This document shows, piece by piece, positions 53,416 to 63,333 of a DNA stretch of 64,000 nucleotides. The stretch is from a virus: the IMG/VR virus record IMGVR_UViG_3300042462_000689; one strand, written 5' to 3'. The notes beneath the pieces were generated by a model, which had not been told where the DNA came from, ran no database searches, and saw only the letters and a program-made list of their open reading frames with translations. The position numbers and the translations under genes are program-made. Every line of letters starts with the position of its first letter. Position 1 is the first letter of the stretch.

Positions 53416-56406
53416 ATGACTGATCCACGCGACATCGAAAGGGCCAAGCGCCGCAACCTGAATCCTGGGTGCGCAGTTCCGGCTGCAGTTCCGGCGACCG
53501 CCATCACACCACCCACGCGGCCCGTATCGAATTGCGACGTACCTCCTGCCATTGCCGCGGATGCTTTCGACACCCCCGGAGCCACGGTCACCGCAACAGA
53601 CATCTCCACTGACATCCCGCTGATTCATATCACCAGCGCGGCCGTCACGGTCAATTGCTCCGATGTGGAGGGGGCCGGTCCGGTGGGTGAGTCCGTCACG
53701 ATAAATGCCGGGCAGATCGCCAGGGATATTTCCTGGCATTCATTTGCGGGAATCTCAGCGTCGCAACTGGCATTCATCGCCACGCTCAATCCGCTGGACG
53801 TTACCACAATTCTCACGCAATCCACGGCGGAGGCCGTCGCCGGCGCGTTCCGCCTGGCCTTGGAGCAGGCGGTCATTGCGCGGACGGCAGCCCTGACAGC
53901 CCTTGCCGCTGCCAATGCACAGGCCCGCGCCATTGCGGTCGCAACCCTGACTTGCGGATGGGTCAATGAACGGCAGGAGACCAATTGTGCCGCGGGCGCC
54001 TATCGCACGCCGGAAGATCCCGACCACGTTGCCATCAATCCCTCCGTCATTTCCGCAGGCTCCTCGTTCTCCACGCAGAGTCAGAACACGGCAAATGCGC
54101 AGGCCTTGGCTGCCGCTTTTTCTGCCATGGTGTGCGTGTATCCGAACACGGAGCAGACCGTCACGTGTCTGGATGCTGGGTTTGGGGAGGAAGTTCCGGT
54201 GGATGCTACGCCGTGGCCTGCACTCGACCAGATGCGAGTTGGGATAATCACCGTGCCGGCTGGTCGGGTCCTGTCCTCGGATTCCGCCGCAGACGCTGAT
54301 CAGCAAGCCCGCGCGCTGGGTCTCTCGCAGCTTTCCTGTTTCGCCATCAATGAGTTCGTCAAGGTGAGCTGCAGCGCGAGCGGAAAGCCAGGCACAGACG
54401 ACACCATTGTCAGCGATTTGACTTTGGGAATCCCCGGCAATTCCGTTGAGGTTCCGCAAGGATACCTGACCTCCACGACTTCCACCGCGGACGCAAATGC
54501 ATTGGCCCATGCGTTGGCCATGTCCCTGCTCCAATGCCGATGGACCAATTCCGAGATTGTCGTACAGTGCCCCGTTCAATCCGTGCCGGATCCGCGTAAT
54601 CCAGGAGCCACCGTGCTTTTGGATCCCTCGGACAAATCGCCAGGCATCCAGTTTCAAATGGCGGCCGGATCTTACTACTCCGAGGTGTCCCAGGTGGACG
54701 CAGACCAGCAGGCCATGGATGCTGCGCTGGCGCAATTGAACTGCATGTACTGCAACCAGGACATCGCTCCGACCTGCGTGCCGGAGGGAATTGCCCAGCA
54801 GGTGCGGGAGGGTGTCATCCCATTGCCCATCCCCGCGGCGATGGTCACCTCGGCCTGGTCCTCAGATGCCACGCTGGGCCTGGCGGCCAACACCTACTGC
54901 GACACGGACGCCTCGGTGGTGGAGATGACGGCCGGAAGCGCTCTGGTGGTGCCTGCTGCAATTCCCACCAACGACTGCAAATACGGCAACGATGCACAGA
55001 CCCTGCACTGCCCATCCGGGATGGTTGCCGCAGGGGCGGAGGATTTGTCGGGCGTGTTCATCGTTCCCGTCGGTACTTTTGTCGTGTCCGTGGCGGATGT
55101 GCCGCCCACGTTCCGACCTGGGGAGACGGATAGGGAAAAGGCCTTTGCGAATGCGCAGGCCGCGGCGTTCGGTATTTCCACCCTGGCTTGCAGCTTCCAG
55201 AACGCAGCACGCTCATTTACCTGCTCGCAGGACAAGGGGATGCCCCACGTGCATCCGAACTCGCTTGGTTTGGATTCCGCCCCCTTGGTAATTCCAGCGG
55301 GGCAGTTTACCTCCCTGAACTCCCAAGCCGAGGTCGACGCCGAGACTCAGGCTTACGGCATGTCCCAATTGCTGTGCTTTTACATGAACCGACGGATGAC
55401 GGTTCTCTGTGGGGACTCTCCCGCCGATGAATTCCGTGGCGGGGGATACAGCGACACAGGTGATCGGATCGCAATCACATACGGCACCGGGTCCATGACC
55501 CCGAAAGACGGCAGCTCACCAAAGGTCGCCGTGGATGCGCAGTCTATGGGCGCTGTGGGAAATCCTGTGCAGGTGGAAGCGGATACGATCCTGGACTGGC
55601 ACAGCCAGCGTGACGCGGATCAGGCGGCGCTTACGCTGGGTCTGAATTCCTTGAATTGTTTTTGGTCGAACGTGGACGTGCGCGTGACTTGCGGCGCCCC
55701 CGCGCAAATGCCGTGGGTGCCAGGCAATGCACTGGGCGCTCCCATCTCCGTCGGGCTGGGAATATCGGCCATCGGACATGTGCCCGCAGGTGCTTTCATC
55801 AGCGATATATCAATCAAGGCCGCATCATCCACAGCCTACGCCGTGGCCTATGGGATACCGGATTGTTTTAATTTCGGGAATGAGTTTGATTTGGGATTGG
55901 TGGGTAATGATGAATATGTAGCCGGCGATTGCGGGGAAGGTCGTCACAGTGTCGGGATGATGAACGTCCCCAAGAACACCTTCAAGGCCTCTACGAAAAC
56001 CGCCGCCGATAAAATGGCCACCGACTTCATCGAGGCCAACACCATCTGCGAAGCGAATGCCGCCAGCGCAGGCAATACGGAGCAGTCGCCCGCTGCCTGC
56101 ACCCCGATCTACCTCGGCTACGGTGTATTCTCAAATAGCCACCGTGTCGGATTGACCAAAATTCCCGCCGGCACCTTCAAGGCCGACACTGTAGCGGAGG
56201 CCGACACGCTGGCCTCGGATTTTCTCTTGGCCAACACCAGCTGTGAAGCGGATGTCACCGTGGATGTGCTCGTGGATTTGCGGTTGTCGGGCGGAAAGCT
56301 GCAGGGGAAATACAAAACGGTGACTGTGGCCGCTTCGGTGGCTGCCTCGCCCGAATGGAGAGATATGGTCACGACGATGACCAGCTCTCCCGCAACATGC
56401 CCATAA
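53416..56406 (+). CDS. large Cys-bracketed repeat protein (DUF5977-like repeats)
   Basis: About 11-12 units of [VI]PAG.F.S..SQA.AD..A......L.C...N......C. Confidence 0.65.
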   Translation: MTDPRDIERAKRRNLNPGCAVPAAVPATAITPPTRPVSNCDVPPAIAADAFDTPGATVTATDISTDIPLIHITSAAVTVNCSDVEGAGPVGESVTINAGQIARDISWHSFAGISASQLAFIATLNPLDVTTILTQSTAEAVAGAFRLALEQAVIARTAALTALAAANAQARAIAVATLTCGWVNERQETNCAAGAYRTPEDPDHVAINPSVISAGSSFSTQSQNTANAQALAAAFSAMVCVYPNTEQTVTCLDAGFGEEVPVDATPWPALDQMRVGIITVPAGRVLSSDSAADADQQARALGLSQLSCFAINEFVKVSCSASGKPGTDDTIVSDLTLGIPGNSVEVPQGYLTSTTSTADANALAHALAMSLLQCRWTNSEIVVQCPVQSVPDPRNPGATVLLDPSDKSPGIQFQMAAGSYYSEVSQVDADQQAMDAALAQLNCMYCNQDIAPTCVPEGIAQQVREGVIPLPIPAAMVTSAWSSDATLGLAANTYCDTDASVVEMTAGSALVVPAAIPTNDCKYGNDAQTLHCPSGMVAAGAEDLSGVFIVPVGTFVVSVADVPPTFRPGETDREKAFANAQAAAFGISTLACSFQNAARSFTCSQDKGMPHVHPNSLGLDSAPLVIPAGQFTSLNSQAEVDAETQAYGMSQLLCFYMNRRMTVLCGDSPADEFRGGGYSDTGDRIAITYGTGSMTPKDGSSPKVAVDAQSMGAVGNPVQVEADTILDWHSQRDADQAALTLGLNSLNCFWSNVDVRVTCGAPAQMPWVPGNALGAPISVGLGISAIGHVPAGAFISDISIKAASSTAYAVAYGIPDCFNFGNEFDLGLVGNDEYVAGDCGEGRHSVGMMNVPKNTFKASTKTAADKMATDFIEANTICEANAASAGNTEQSPAACTPIYLGYGVFSNSHRVGLTKIPAGTFKADTVAEADTLASDFLLANTSCEADVTVDVLVDLRLSGGKLQGKYKTVTVAASVAASPEWRDMVTTMTSSPATCP

Positions 56407-56409
56407 GAC

Positions 56410-56985
56410 ATGCCCCTAGCAAAGCTACTGACGAATTGTGCCGGGACATCCCTTTTGACGAATTGCTCAGGCAACTCTCTGCTAAAGAACTGCCCGAAGA
56501 TGGAGATTCGCTACACATGGACTGGTTCCGCCGGCAGTCCCGGCAGTCCCGGCAGTCCCGGTCACGGTGCGGATTTATTTACAGAAACCACGTTCTTGGG
56601 CACTTCCTTGGGTTGGTATGCTTACGGAAACAGTGCTGGTTACTTAACTTGGAATCCCTACGAGACAGCGTATTCAGGCGGGTATGAGAAATGCACCGTC
56701 GATGTAGAAAAATCATACGAAGATGGAGCGTGGGGGGCAGCAACCGCAACAATAGATCTCAAAGCGGATTGGTGGTCTGGGAATTTTCCGCCCTACTCTC
56801 CTAACGGACTAGCTGGAGACTCGCTGACGATAACGGCGGCTTACAACGGCGTAACTCGGACACTAATAATCAACCCTAGTGCAATAACAGTGCTTGGTGA
56901 TTTCGTTATCGGCCCTGTTTCAATGATCGTGACCCACGTTGGCACCATCACGATTGACTCTGATGGAAACTTCACTCTCGTGTAA
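56410..56985 (+). CDS. beta-rich hypothetical protein, variable cassette
   Basis: 191 aa, more AT-rich than flanks; LL[TK]NC x3 at N-terminus; GSP x3 from a 9-bp repeat (56532-56558). Confidence 0.6.
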   Translation: MPLAKLLTNCAGTSLLTNCSGNSLLKNCPKMEIRYTWTGSAGSPGSPGSPGHGADLFTETTFLGTSLGWYAYGNSAGYLTWNPYETAYSGGYEKCTVDVEKSYEDGAWGAATATIDLKADWWSGNFPPYSPNGLAGDSLTITAAYNGVTRTLIINPSAITVLGDFVIGPVSMIVTHVGTITIDSDGNFTLV

Positions 56986-57070
56986 CACGAGAGCCATGTT
57001 CTCCTGCCATCAGGATTGGGAATTTAGAATCCGGAGTTGCCAATTGCGCGCCGTGCGGTAAAAAACTTCC

Positions 57071-57862
57071 ATGCATATTGAAACCTTCCTGCTGATTGCG
57101 GTGCTGGCGTCCAGTCTCGGTTGCCTGCTCTTTTACATCCTGACCGTGTGGAATCACACCACCATGCCGCTGCGGCTGTGCAAAGCCGCCGCTGCTATCA
57201 CCGACTCGCACATGTATGGTGTGCGGCACACCCAGACCCGAAAGGATTGGCAATTCTGGCTGCTGGCTTACGCGCCGGCCTGGTTTTCAGAATGGGCGCT
57301 ATGCCACATTTGCCAATCGCCGTGGTGGACCGCACTGCTCTACCTGCCGACTGCGGTCATTTTTGCGGTGATGGGGATTCCATTGCTGCCACTGCTGCCC
57401 GCGGCATGCCTCAGCCTCGGGCTGGGGCTCTGGTTGTATCGTGCAACGTCGCAACCGGAATCCCCCACCCCCAATCAAGTTGCTGCGGCAGCTCCGCCGC
57501 AAATGGCGGAAATGGCGGAAAAGGAAATTGAGCCGCCCGCGCCTGAATTGCACATCGAGGAAAAGCCGTCTGCCCGGCTCGCCCAATACCAGCAGGCTTA
57601 TGGATTGCGGATGATCAAGACCGGCAACGGCACGACCATCGACCCAACTTCCATCACCGATGAGTATAAAAAGATGACTCTGTTTTTCTCAGACGACACA
57701 CCCTGCTGGTTTGCAGGCTGCGAGGAATTGCGCGCCAGGTATGCGGCGGAGACAAAAAAGGGAGATGCGAAATGCGAAGGCTGCGAGCTGGCACATGTGT
57801 ATCGGAAGTACGCATTGCTGGCGCTACATGCGGTCCGCGAATCCAATGCCGCAACCAATTGA
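57071..57862 (+). CDS. multi-TM protein with C-terminal Cys cluster
   Basis: Several hydrophobic segments; PCWFAGC...CEGC......RKY; upstream TTGCCA(57037)-N16-TAAAAA(57059)-N6-ATG. Confidence 0.7.
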   Translation: MHIETFLLIAVLASSLGCLLFYILTVWNHTTMPLRLCKAAAAITDSHMYGVRHTQTRKDWQFWLLAYAPAWFSEWALCHICQSPWWTALLYLPTAVIFAVMGIPLLPLLPAACLSLGLGLWLYRATSQPESPTPNQVAAAAPPQMAEMAEKEIEPPAPELHIEEKPSARLAQYQQAYGLRMIKTGNGTTIDPTSITDEYKKMTLFFSDDTPCWFAGCEELRARYAAETKKGDAKCEGCELAHVYRKYALLALHAVRESNAATN

Positions 57863-58028
57863 CATTCCCGGATTGCAGATGCCTGCCAATTTGCGGCAGC
57901 GCATGGAGTTCGAACTGCATGAACTTAAATTGCGCAGCCGGGCTGGTTGCGGAGATTGCGGCGGTGAGATGTCTGCGGTCGTTCGCAAATATCAGCGGCT
58001 GGCGGCGATTGCCGCAAAGCCCAAGTAG
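57846..58028 (+). CDS. small CxxC protein (60 aa)
   Basis: ATG 57846; GCGDCGGEMSAVVRKY. Confidence 0.55.
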   Translation: MPQPIDIPGLQMPANLRQRMEFELHELKLRSRAGCGDCGGEMSAVVRKYQRLAAIAAKPK

Positions 58029-58037
58029 TGGTATCGT
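58009..58037 (+). promoter_or_regulatory. sigma70-like promoter with extended -10, leaderless geometry
   Basis: TTGCCG(58009-58014)-N17-TATCGT(58032-58037), TG at 58029-58030, N6, GTG 58044. Confidence 0.65.
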
Positions 58038-58043
58038 CCTCTG

Positions 58044-58802
58044 GTGACTGCGCCAAATCCCAGCGAAGATGACAAGCCATTAAAGGAGCCGCCTCCCCAC
58101 ATGGCTGCGCATGCTGCGTGGATGGCTGACGCCTCGCCCACCAATCTGTCTGCGACGGTGAAGCATTTGGAACCTACCATTCAGGGGGTGTTGCGTTCCA
58201 TGAATGCCGCCCAGGATCCAGCCCTGACTCTGCAGGCGCGCATCCTCACATCCCGCGCCGTCAAATCCTACGACCCAACCTACGGGGCCGCGCTGCCCAC
58301 GTGGGTGTCCCAGCAATTGCAGCCCCTGCGTAGGTTTCGCCGGATGAACCTGGCGCATCCGGTCCATGTGCCTGAGAAGATCCAATTGGACGCCTTTCAT
58401 CTGATGCAGTCCGAGAATGAGCTGCGCGATTCCCTTGGTCGCGATCCGGACGTCGAAGAGTTGGCGGACCATTCCAAATTGCCCGTGCACCGAATTGCAG
58501 GCATCCGCAAATCTTTCCGGCGGATGGCCTCGCAATCTTCCTTCGGGGAGAATGCGGCAATGCCCTCGGACACCCAGTCCGATCATTCCGATGAGGCGCT
58601 GCACTACGTGCACCATGAATCCGATCTGATTGACCGGAAGATTCTGGAGATGAAAACCGGGTATGGCGGAGCCCACGAGCCGATGCTTCCGCATGAGATT
58701 GCTAGAAAGCTAAACCTGTCCCCGGTGCAATTGAGCCGGCGGTCGGCCAAGCTGGCCACCAAGCTGGAGGAATTGAGGACCGCACTGCAAACCGTCAATT
58801 AA
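58044..58802 (+). CDS. sigma70-family RNA polymerase sigma factor (regions 2-4)
   Basis: RAVKSYDPTYGAALPTWV (region 2), LGRDPDVEELA (region 3), DRKILEMKTG...EIARKLNLSPVQLSR (region 4 HTH). Confidence 0.8.
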   Translation: MTAPNPSEDDKPLKEPPPHMAAHAAWMADASPTNLSATVKHLEPTIQGVLRSMNAAQDPALTLQARILTSRAVKSYDPTYGAALPTWVSQQLQPLRRFRRMNLAHPVHVPEKIQLDAFHLMQSENELRDSLGRDPDVEELADHSKLPVHRIAGIRKSFRRMASQSSFGENAAMPSDTQSDHSDEALHYVHHESDLIDRKILEMKTGYGGAHEPMLPHEIARKLNLSPVQLSRRSAKLATKLEELRTALQTVN

Positions 58803-58806
58803 CCCG

Positions 58807-59157
58807 ATGTTCGCCGACACCACCCGCATCAATCGCGATTCACGATTCCCTGCCATGCAGGGGATTCTGGACGTGCTCAAGCAGAAGGAAAGCCTGCCGA
58901 TGGCCAGCGAGGCCTTCGCGGATTTCGATCTGAAAGAGTTGCAGTCGGAAGTGGAGGCGCAGAATGAAACGGCGCAGAATGCCGACACGCTGCAAGCCGC
59001 GGTCGAGCAATTGAAGCTGATTCACGTGGCAGCACTGAAGCGCGATTTGGATTATGCCAATGTGCGGCGTCGCAAGCTCTACGCGCTCGGGTATCATGAT
59101 GCCATGCTCCGCACCTACCGGCCTTCCCGAATCGCCAACATCTTCGGTTTCAAATGA
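58807..59157 (+). CDS. hypothetical helical protein (116 aa)
   Basis: Clean ORF overlapping the next start. Confidence 0.65.
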   Translation: MFADTTRINRDSRFPAMQGILDVLKQKESLPMASEAFADFDLKELQSEVEAQNETAQNADTLQAAVEQLKLIHVAALKRDLDYANVRRRKLYALGYHDAMLRTYRPSRIANIFGFK

Positions 59158-59546
59158 GGGGACTCCGACTCACATTCTCACAGGAAGGACCCATCAGCTT
59201 GAACGGCGATGCGGTGACGGATCTGGAGTGCATCCAGCAGAACGCGCTGGTCAATATCGGCACATCCAAGGGCAGCGACGCCATCTTTCCGGATAAAGGC
59301 ACCGACCTTTTCAAGGCCGCGGTAGGTGGTGTCATCTACGACATCCAGAGCGCACAGCACGCCGCCAATTTTGCCGCTCTCGACACCGTCACATTTTTGC
59401 GCGATCACGAATACGCATCGCAAAGCCAGAGCACCCTGGAAACATTGCAATTGAACCTCCGCGTCATTGAGGTTGGCCGCCTGCAATTTCAGGCCAGCAT
59501 GGTATTCAGCAACGGCGTGACCTCGGCCACGCAAACCTCACTTTAA
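59154..59546 (+). CDS. baseplate wedge protein, gp25/GpW-like
   Basis: 130 aa; ALVNIGT.KGSD..FPD.GT pattern; immediately before the J-like gene. Confidence 0.65.
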   Translation: MRGLRLTFSQEGPISLNGDAVTDLECIQQNALVNIGTSKGSDAIFPDKGTDLFKAAVGGVIYDIQSAQHAANFAALDTVTFLRDHEYASQSQSTLETLQLNLRVIEVGRLQFQASMVFSNGVTSATQTSL

Positions 59547-59549
59547 GCA

Positions 59550-61331
59550 ATGGCGACAATACCCACTTCCGTCTGGCAACCCGATTTGATTTCCACCTAC
59601 TTCCCTGCATTGGGTGAGATGTCCACCGTGGCGCTGGCCTCCGCGCGTGCCCGCATTCAGAGCTACCTGCTCGTCGGGTGGCCGGATGTGGACATGCGCC
59701 CCGGCTCGGTCATTGGGGATTTGGTATTGGGTCCGTTTGCGCATCTCGTCGTCGCACTTGAAACATCCATGGGTCGGTTCATGTCCGATTTGGATTTCGA
59801 GCAGGTCGCCAGCGGCACGATCTTCAATTGTGAGTTCGTCACTGCCTTCCTGAAAAACTTCGCCGTGTATGAGCAGGATTCACTGAAGAGCACCGGCGTC
59901 ATCCGGCTGCTGTTCAATGCGGATGCGGAAGTCACCCTGGATCGTCGACTGCGATTTGCCATCGGAACGGGTACGTTCTCGATGCGGCTGCCGTTTCCTG
60001 GACAGATGCTGATTCGCCCCGTCGGCAATGCCATCACACCCGCGACCAACAGCCTCAACCTGGTGGACATCGGAGGCGGAGTTTACGCAGTGGACATTCA
60101 CGTCACCGGCACCATGGGGGCGCTGGTGACCCAGGGCGATTCAGCAACGCTCGACATGACCATCGCCGGATTGGTGAGCGCCGCGGCCGTCGTGGATTTT
60201 GAGGCCGGCAGTCCCGAGACATCCCTACCGACTCTGGCCACACAAGCACGCGAGCGGTTCTCCGCCAGCGCGCTGGTCACCCGCAATGCATCCGTCAATT
60301 ACCTGAAGCGGGAGTTTCCTGAACTGCGGGGCGTCAGCGTCACGCTCCCCGGAGATGCGGAAATGCTGCGGGCTTCTGTGAATGCGCTGGGCATTGCGGC
60401 ACCAGCGGCCGACATTTACGCCAAGTCCAGGGCGTGGGATTTCCACGACACGCAAGTCATTCGCGTTCCCTTCGTCACAACCCAGGGGGTGGTCTCGGTC
60501 AACCAGTTCATCACCCCGTTGTTGGTCTCGGGCAATCCGACGCTCGTGCGCAGCATTGTCAGCGTGGACGCGCCCTCGGTGATTATCACGCCAGGTGTTG
60601 AGTGCGACATCTACTCGCAGTCCTCGGACAGCGTAAAGGCCCCGCTGCTGACCTGCGCCGGCACCTCCCTTGAGCAGTTGTGGGCGGTGTTCCCGATGCC
60701 TCGCAATCCGACGACTGGTGTTGCTTTGGTTCCGCTGAACACGGAGGCCGACGGCTCCCAGTATGCCAATTTCAAAATCACCTACGTGCACGACCCTTTG
60801 CTGCAGCCGGTCGCCCAGCATCTCGACAACCCGGACGTCGCGCCGGTCAATTTTTCGGCCCTGGTTCGTCCTTTCATCCCGATCGTGCTTTCGCGGTTTG
60901 AGGTCGTCTACACCAAGCGCGCAGGCATGACCATGACCCTGGATGCCGCCAGGACCGAGATTTACAATTACCTGCGCGGTCTCTCCTACCCGGACGTGTA
61001 TTCGGATGCGAAGATCGGAGACGCCATGCTTTATGCTGGAGCCCAGGATGTGCGGGAAATTTCCATTGCCGGATCCCTGCAATGGAGCGCTGCCAACTAC
61101 GTGCTACCGGCGACTGCATCCACGCCAGTGGAGGATTTGGCTGCGGCCATCGCTGACCGCCGCGCCGCGCCCTCCGTCTTTGCCGGTTCCGCCGCAGGGC
61201 TGGTGATGGCCGCGCCATTTGTGGATCCGGTGCTCGGCACGGGCAGTGAGACATTTGCCACGGCGGGCTCCAGGAATATCACCCTGTTGCTGCAGCCTTC
61301 GACCATCACCTTCCGGGAGGAGCTGAGATAG
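59550..61331 (+). CDS. baseplate J-like wedge protein
   Basis: PDVDMRPGSVIGDLV, AGSPETS...L...ARERF, SDAKI motifs typical of J/gp6-type proteins. Confidence 0.75.
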   Translation: MATIPTSVWQPDLISTYFPALGEMSTVALASARARIQSYLLVGWPDVDMRPGSVIGDLVLGPFAHLVVALETSMGRFMSDLDFEQVASGTIFNCEFVTAFLKNFAVYEQDSLKSTGVIRLLFNADAEVTLDRRLRFAIGTGTFSMRLPFPGQMLIRPVGNAITPATNSLNLVDIGGGVYAVDIHVTGTMGALVTQGDSATLDMTIAGLVSAAAVVDFEAGSPETSLPTLATQARERFSASALVTRNASVNYLKREFPELRGVSVTLPGDAEMLRASVNALGIAAPAADIYAKSRAWDFHDTQVIRVPFVTTQGVVSVNQFITPLLVSGNPTLVRSIVSVDAPSVIITPGVECDIYSQSSDSVKAPLLTCAGTSLEQLWAVFPMPRNPTTGVALVPLNTEADGSQYANFKITYVHDPLLQPVAQHLDNPDVAPVNFSALVRPFIPIVLSRFEVVYTKRAGMTMTLDAARTEIYNYLRGLSYPDVYSDAKIGDAMLYAGAQDVREISIAGSLQWSAANYVLPATASTPVEDLAAAIADRRAAPSVFAGSAAGLVMAAPFVDPVLGTGSETFATAGSRNITLLLQPSTITFREELR

Positions 61332-62707
61332 TGGACCCCCTGCTTTCACAGCGCTACGACCTCTACGGACGGCTGGGAGATCTGTGGTCGCAAAAGGTCA
61401 AAGGCGCAGAGCAGCAAAAGGCCCGGCATCTGACTGCCCTCGCCCGGCACACCGCCAGCCAGGCGCATTTGATTTCCGGCATGCAACTGCTCGCCGGGCA
61501 ATCGACCTCCATCCGGGAGAACCTGGATTTGAATTACAAGCAGACGGACGTGATTCCGATCGGCGCCAACCTGCAGACCAGGAATCGTGTGAATTTTTCA
61601 GACGGCACCACGGCGTTCACTTTCTGGCGCAGACCAGCGGCGGGCTCTTGGGAGTTCTCATTTACAGGACACACGCCAGCGGGAGGAGAGGACGACATCC
61701 TATTGTCCACGGAGACGGACGATATCCTGCTGATGCCAGGTGGCACGCTGAATATCCCCATGCCCGAGGACTGGGCCGTGAACTACCTGCTGAAGATTCC
61801 GTTTAATTTGACTCCCTTGAAATTACGGGCAGCGGATGGAAGGGCGCTGTTCGCCGGAGCGGATTACGTCTGCGGCGTGGGCGTGCTGGGATTCCTACAT
61901 CATCCCGATACCATTTTCACCGGGCAGACCGTGCACGTTGCGAGTGCGTTCAAGGTCGAGGACCATCCGTTCAATTACACCCTGCAGGTGGATCCGGTAT
62001 TTGGTTCCGTCGAGGATATCGCCACCTACCAACGCGGCGCGCAGACTCCTTCCACGTTTCTGCGGGCGCTGGCCCGTGCCTGCAATTTCCAAGTGGCGCC
62101 GGCCGCGAGCATGGTCCGCGAGGTCATGCGCGGCGGCGGTCGTTTCTTTTACGGCTTCGACTGGGGACTCGTAGCGGTCGACTACCCGCACGAGGAATTG
62201 CATGTCGGGGATTCCGTAGTCGCTGGCGAGATCATCGGACAGCCGATCTCCATGCACAGCGCCACCAACGGCAATTCGGCGTGGTGGGCAGCCTTGGACT
62301 GGTCCGATGGGCTGGTGCTGGACGGGCTGTGTGCCTTCCCTGGACTGACCGCCCCCAATGAACCGCGCCGCGCCTATGCCGTGGATGAGGATGACGACGT
62401 GCATGTGCGAATTGATTTGGATGGTCCGACAGATCAACAGGATCTGTTCTGGGCGTCCGTGAAGCGCAATGAATTGCTGACCGGGAATTACCTGAATTCG
62501 GTTGTCGGGCTCTCCTCCATCTCGGACGTCAAATTTGTGAACCCGCTGCGGTTGATGTTCGAATACCTGCTCGGGGCCTGCGGCATCGTCATCACCCGCC
62601 GCAATGTCGGGCAATGGAGTGGCAGCAATCGCGCCCGATTTGAGAATTTTGTGTCGAGGGAGAAACCAATGGGTGCCATTGTGATTGTGCGCGATACCGC
62701 CGTGTAA
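61331..62707 (+). CDS. baseplate wedge protein (I/gp7-like)
   Basis: 458 aa, GTG start overlapping the J-like stop; ends FVSREKPMGAIVIV. Confidence 0.6.
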   Translation: MDPLLSQRYDLYGRLGDLWSQKVKGAEQQKARHLTALARHTASQAHLISGMQLLAGQSTSIRENLDLNYKQTDVIPIGANLQTRNRVNFSDGTTAFTFWRRPAAGSWEFSFTGHTPAGGEDDILLSTETDDILLMPGGTLNIPMPEDWAVNYLLKIPFNLTPLKLRAADGRALFAGADYVCGVGVLGFLHHPDTIFTGQTVHVASAFKVEDHPFNYTLQVDPVFGSVEDIATYQRGAQTPSTFLRALARACNFQVAPAASMVREVMRGGGRFFYGFDWGLVAVDYPHEELHVGDSVVAGEIIGQPISMHSATNGNSAWWAALDWSDGLVLDGLCAFPGLTAPNEPRRAYAVDEDDDVHVRIDLDGPTDQQDLFWASVKRNELLTGNYLNSVVGLSSISDVKFVNPLRLMFEYLLGACGIVITRRNVGQWSGSNRARFENFVSREKPMGAIVIVRDTAV

Positions 62708-62811
62708 TAGCCGGGGGTGGGTGGGGTGAAATATGGACGCCCAGCGCGTCATATACAAATGTGAAGAAGGCTTCCTCTTCCATCCCGCAGCGCGCGTTGT
62801 GCGCTCCGGAT

Positions 62812-63333
62812 ATGGGCGGTCCATCCGCCTCGGGTGCTCCCGTGACAGAGCCGCTGCCCTACGGGTGTGTGGGCACTCGCGCCGAAGCGGAGGCGCAGAA
62901 GGCGCAAGCCCTGACGCGCGGTGCTATCACCGCGCAGGTTCACCACCTCGACGCAATCCCCGAACAGCGCCGCGATTTCCCCGCGGTGGGGGTCGCTGAG
63001 GCCGCCATTCTCAGCGATGGCACCTCCGAGGAGAGGGCGGCGCTGGCGTGGGCTCAGGCGTCGTATTGGGCGCGTGGCGGGCGCACACTCGATTCAATCG
63101 TCGAGTGTCTCGCCTCGGACCTGGAGGAGGGAACCTCCAATGGCGCCGGTAGCGAGGCGCACGGCTTCATTGCCGCACTGGAGCGTCGGCTGGAGGCGGC
63201 TCCGCGTGAGTCGCGGGTAGTCGTATCAGCACGCGCTGAGTGCTGGACGGTGGCGGCGGAGTTCCCGGAGGCGGACGGTCCCGATACTTCGGGTTTTGCC
63301 CACGGGCAGGACTTCGAGGGAGGCAGCTGGTAG
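62812..63333 (+). CDS. hypothetical protein
   Basis: Start uncertain (GTG 62761 or ATG 62812); ends in tandem TAG TAG TAA. Confidence 0.45.
   Translation: MGGPSASGAPVTEPLPYGCVGTRAEAEAQKAQALTRGAITAQVHHLDAIPEQRRDFPAVGVAEAAILSDGTSEERAALAWAQASYWARGGRTLDSIVECLASDLEEGTSNGAGSEAHGFIAALERRLEAAPRESRVVVSARAECWTVAAEFPEADGPDTSGFAHGQDFEGGSW

Noticed and set aside
62711-62728. G-rich tract GGGGGTGGGTGGGG as a G-quadruplex
   Set aside because: Only three long G-runs and a single occurrence; insufficient support.
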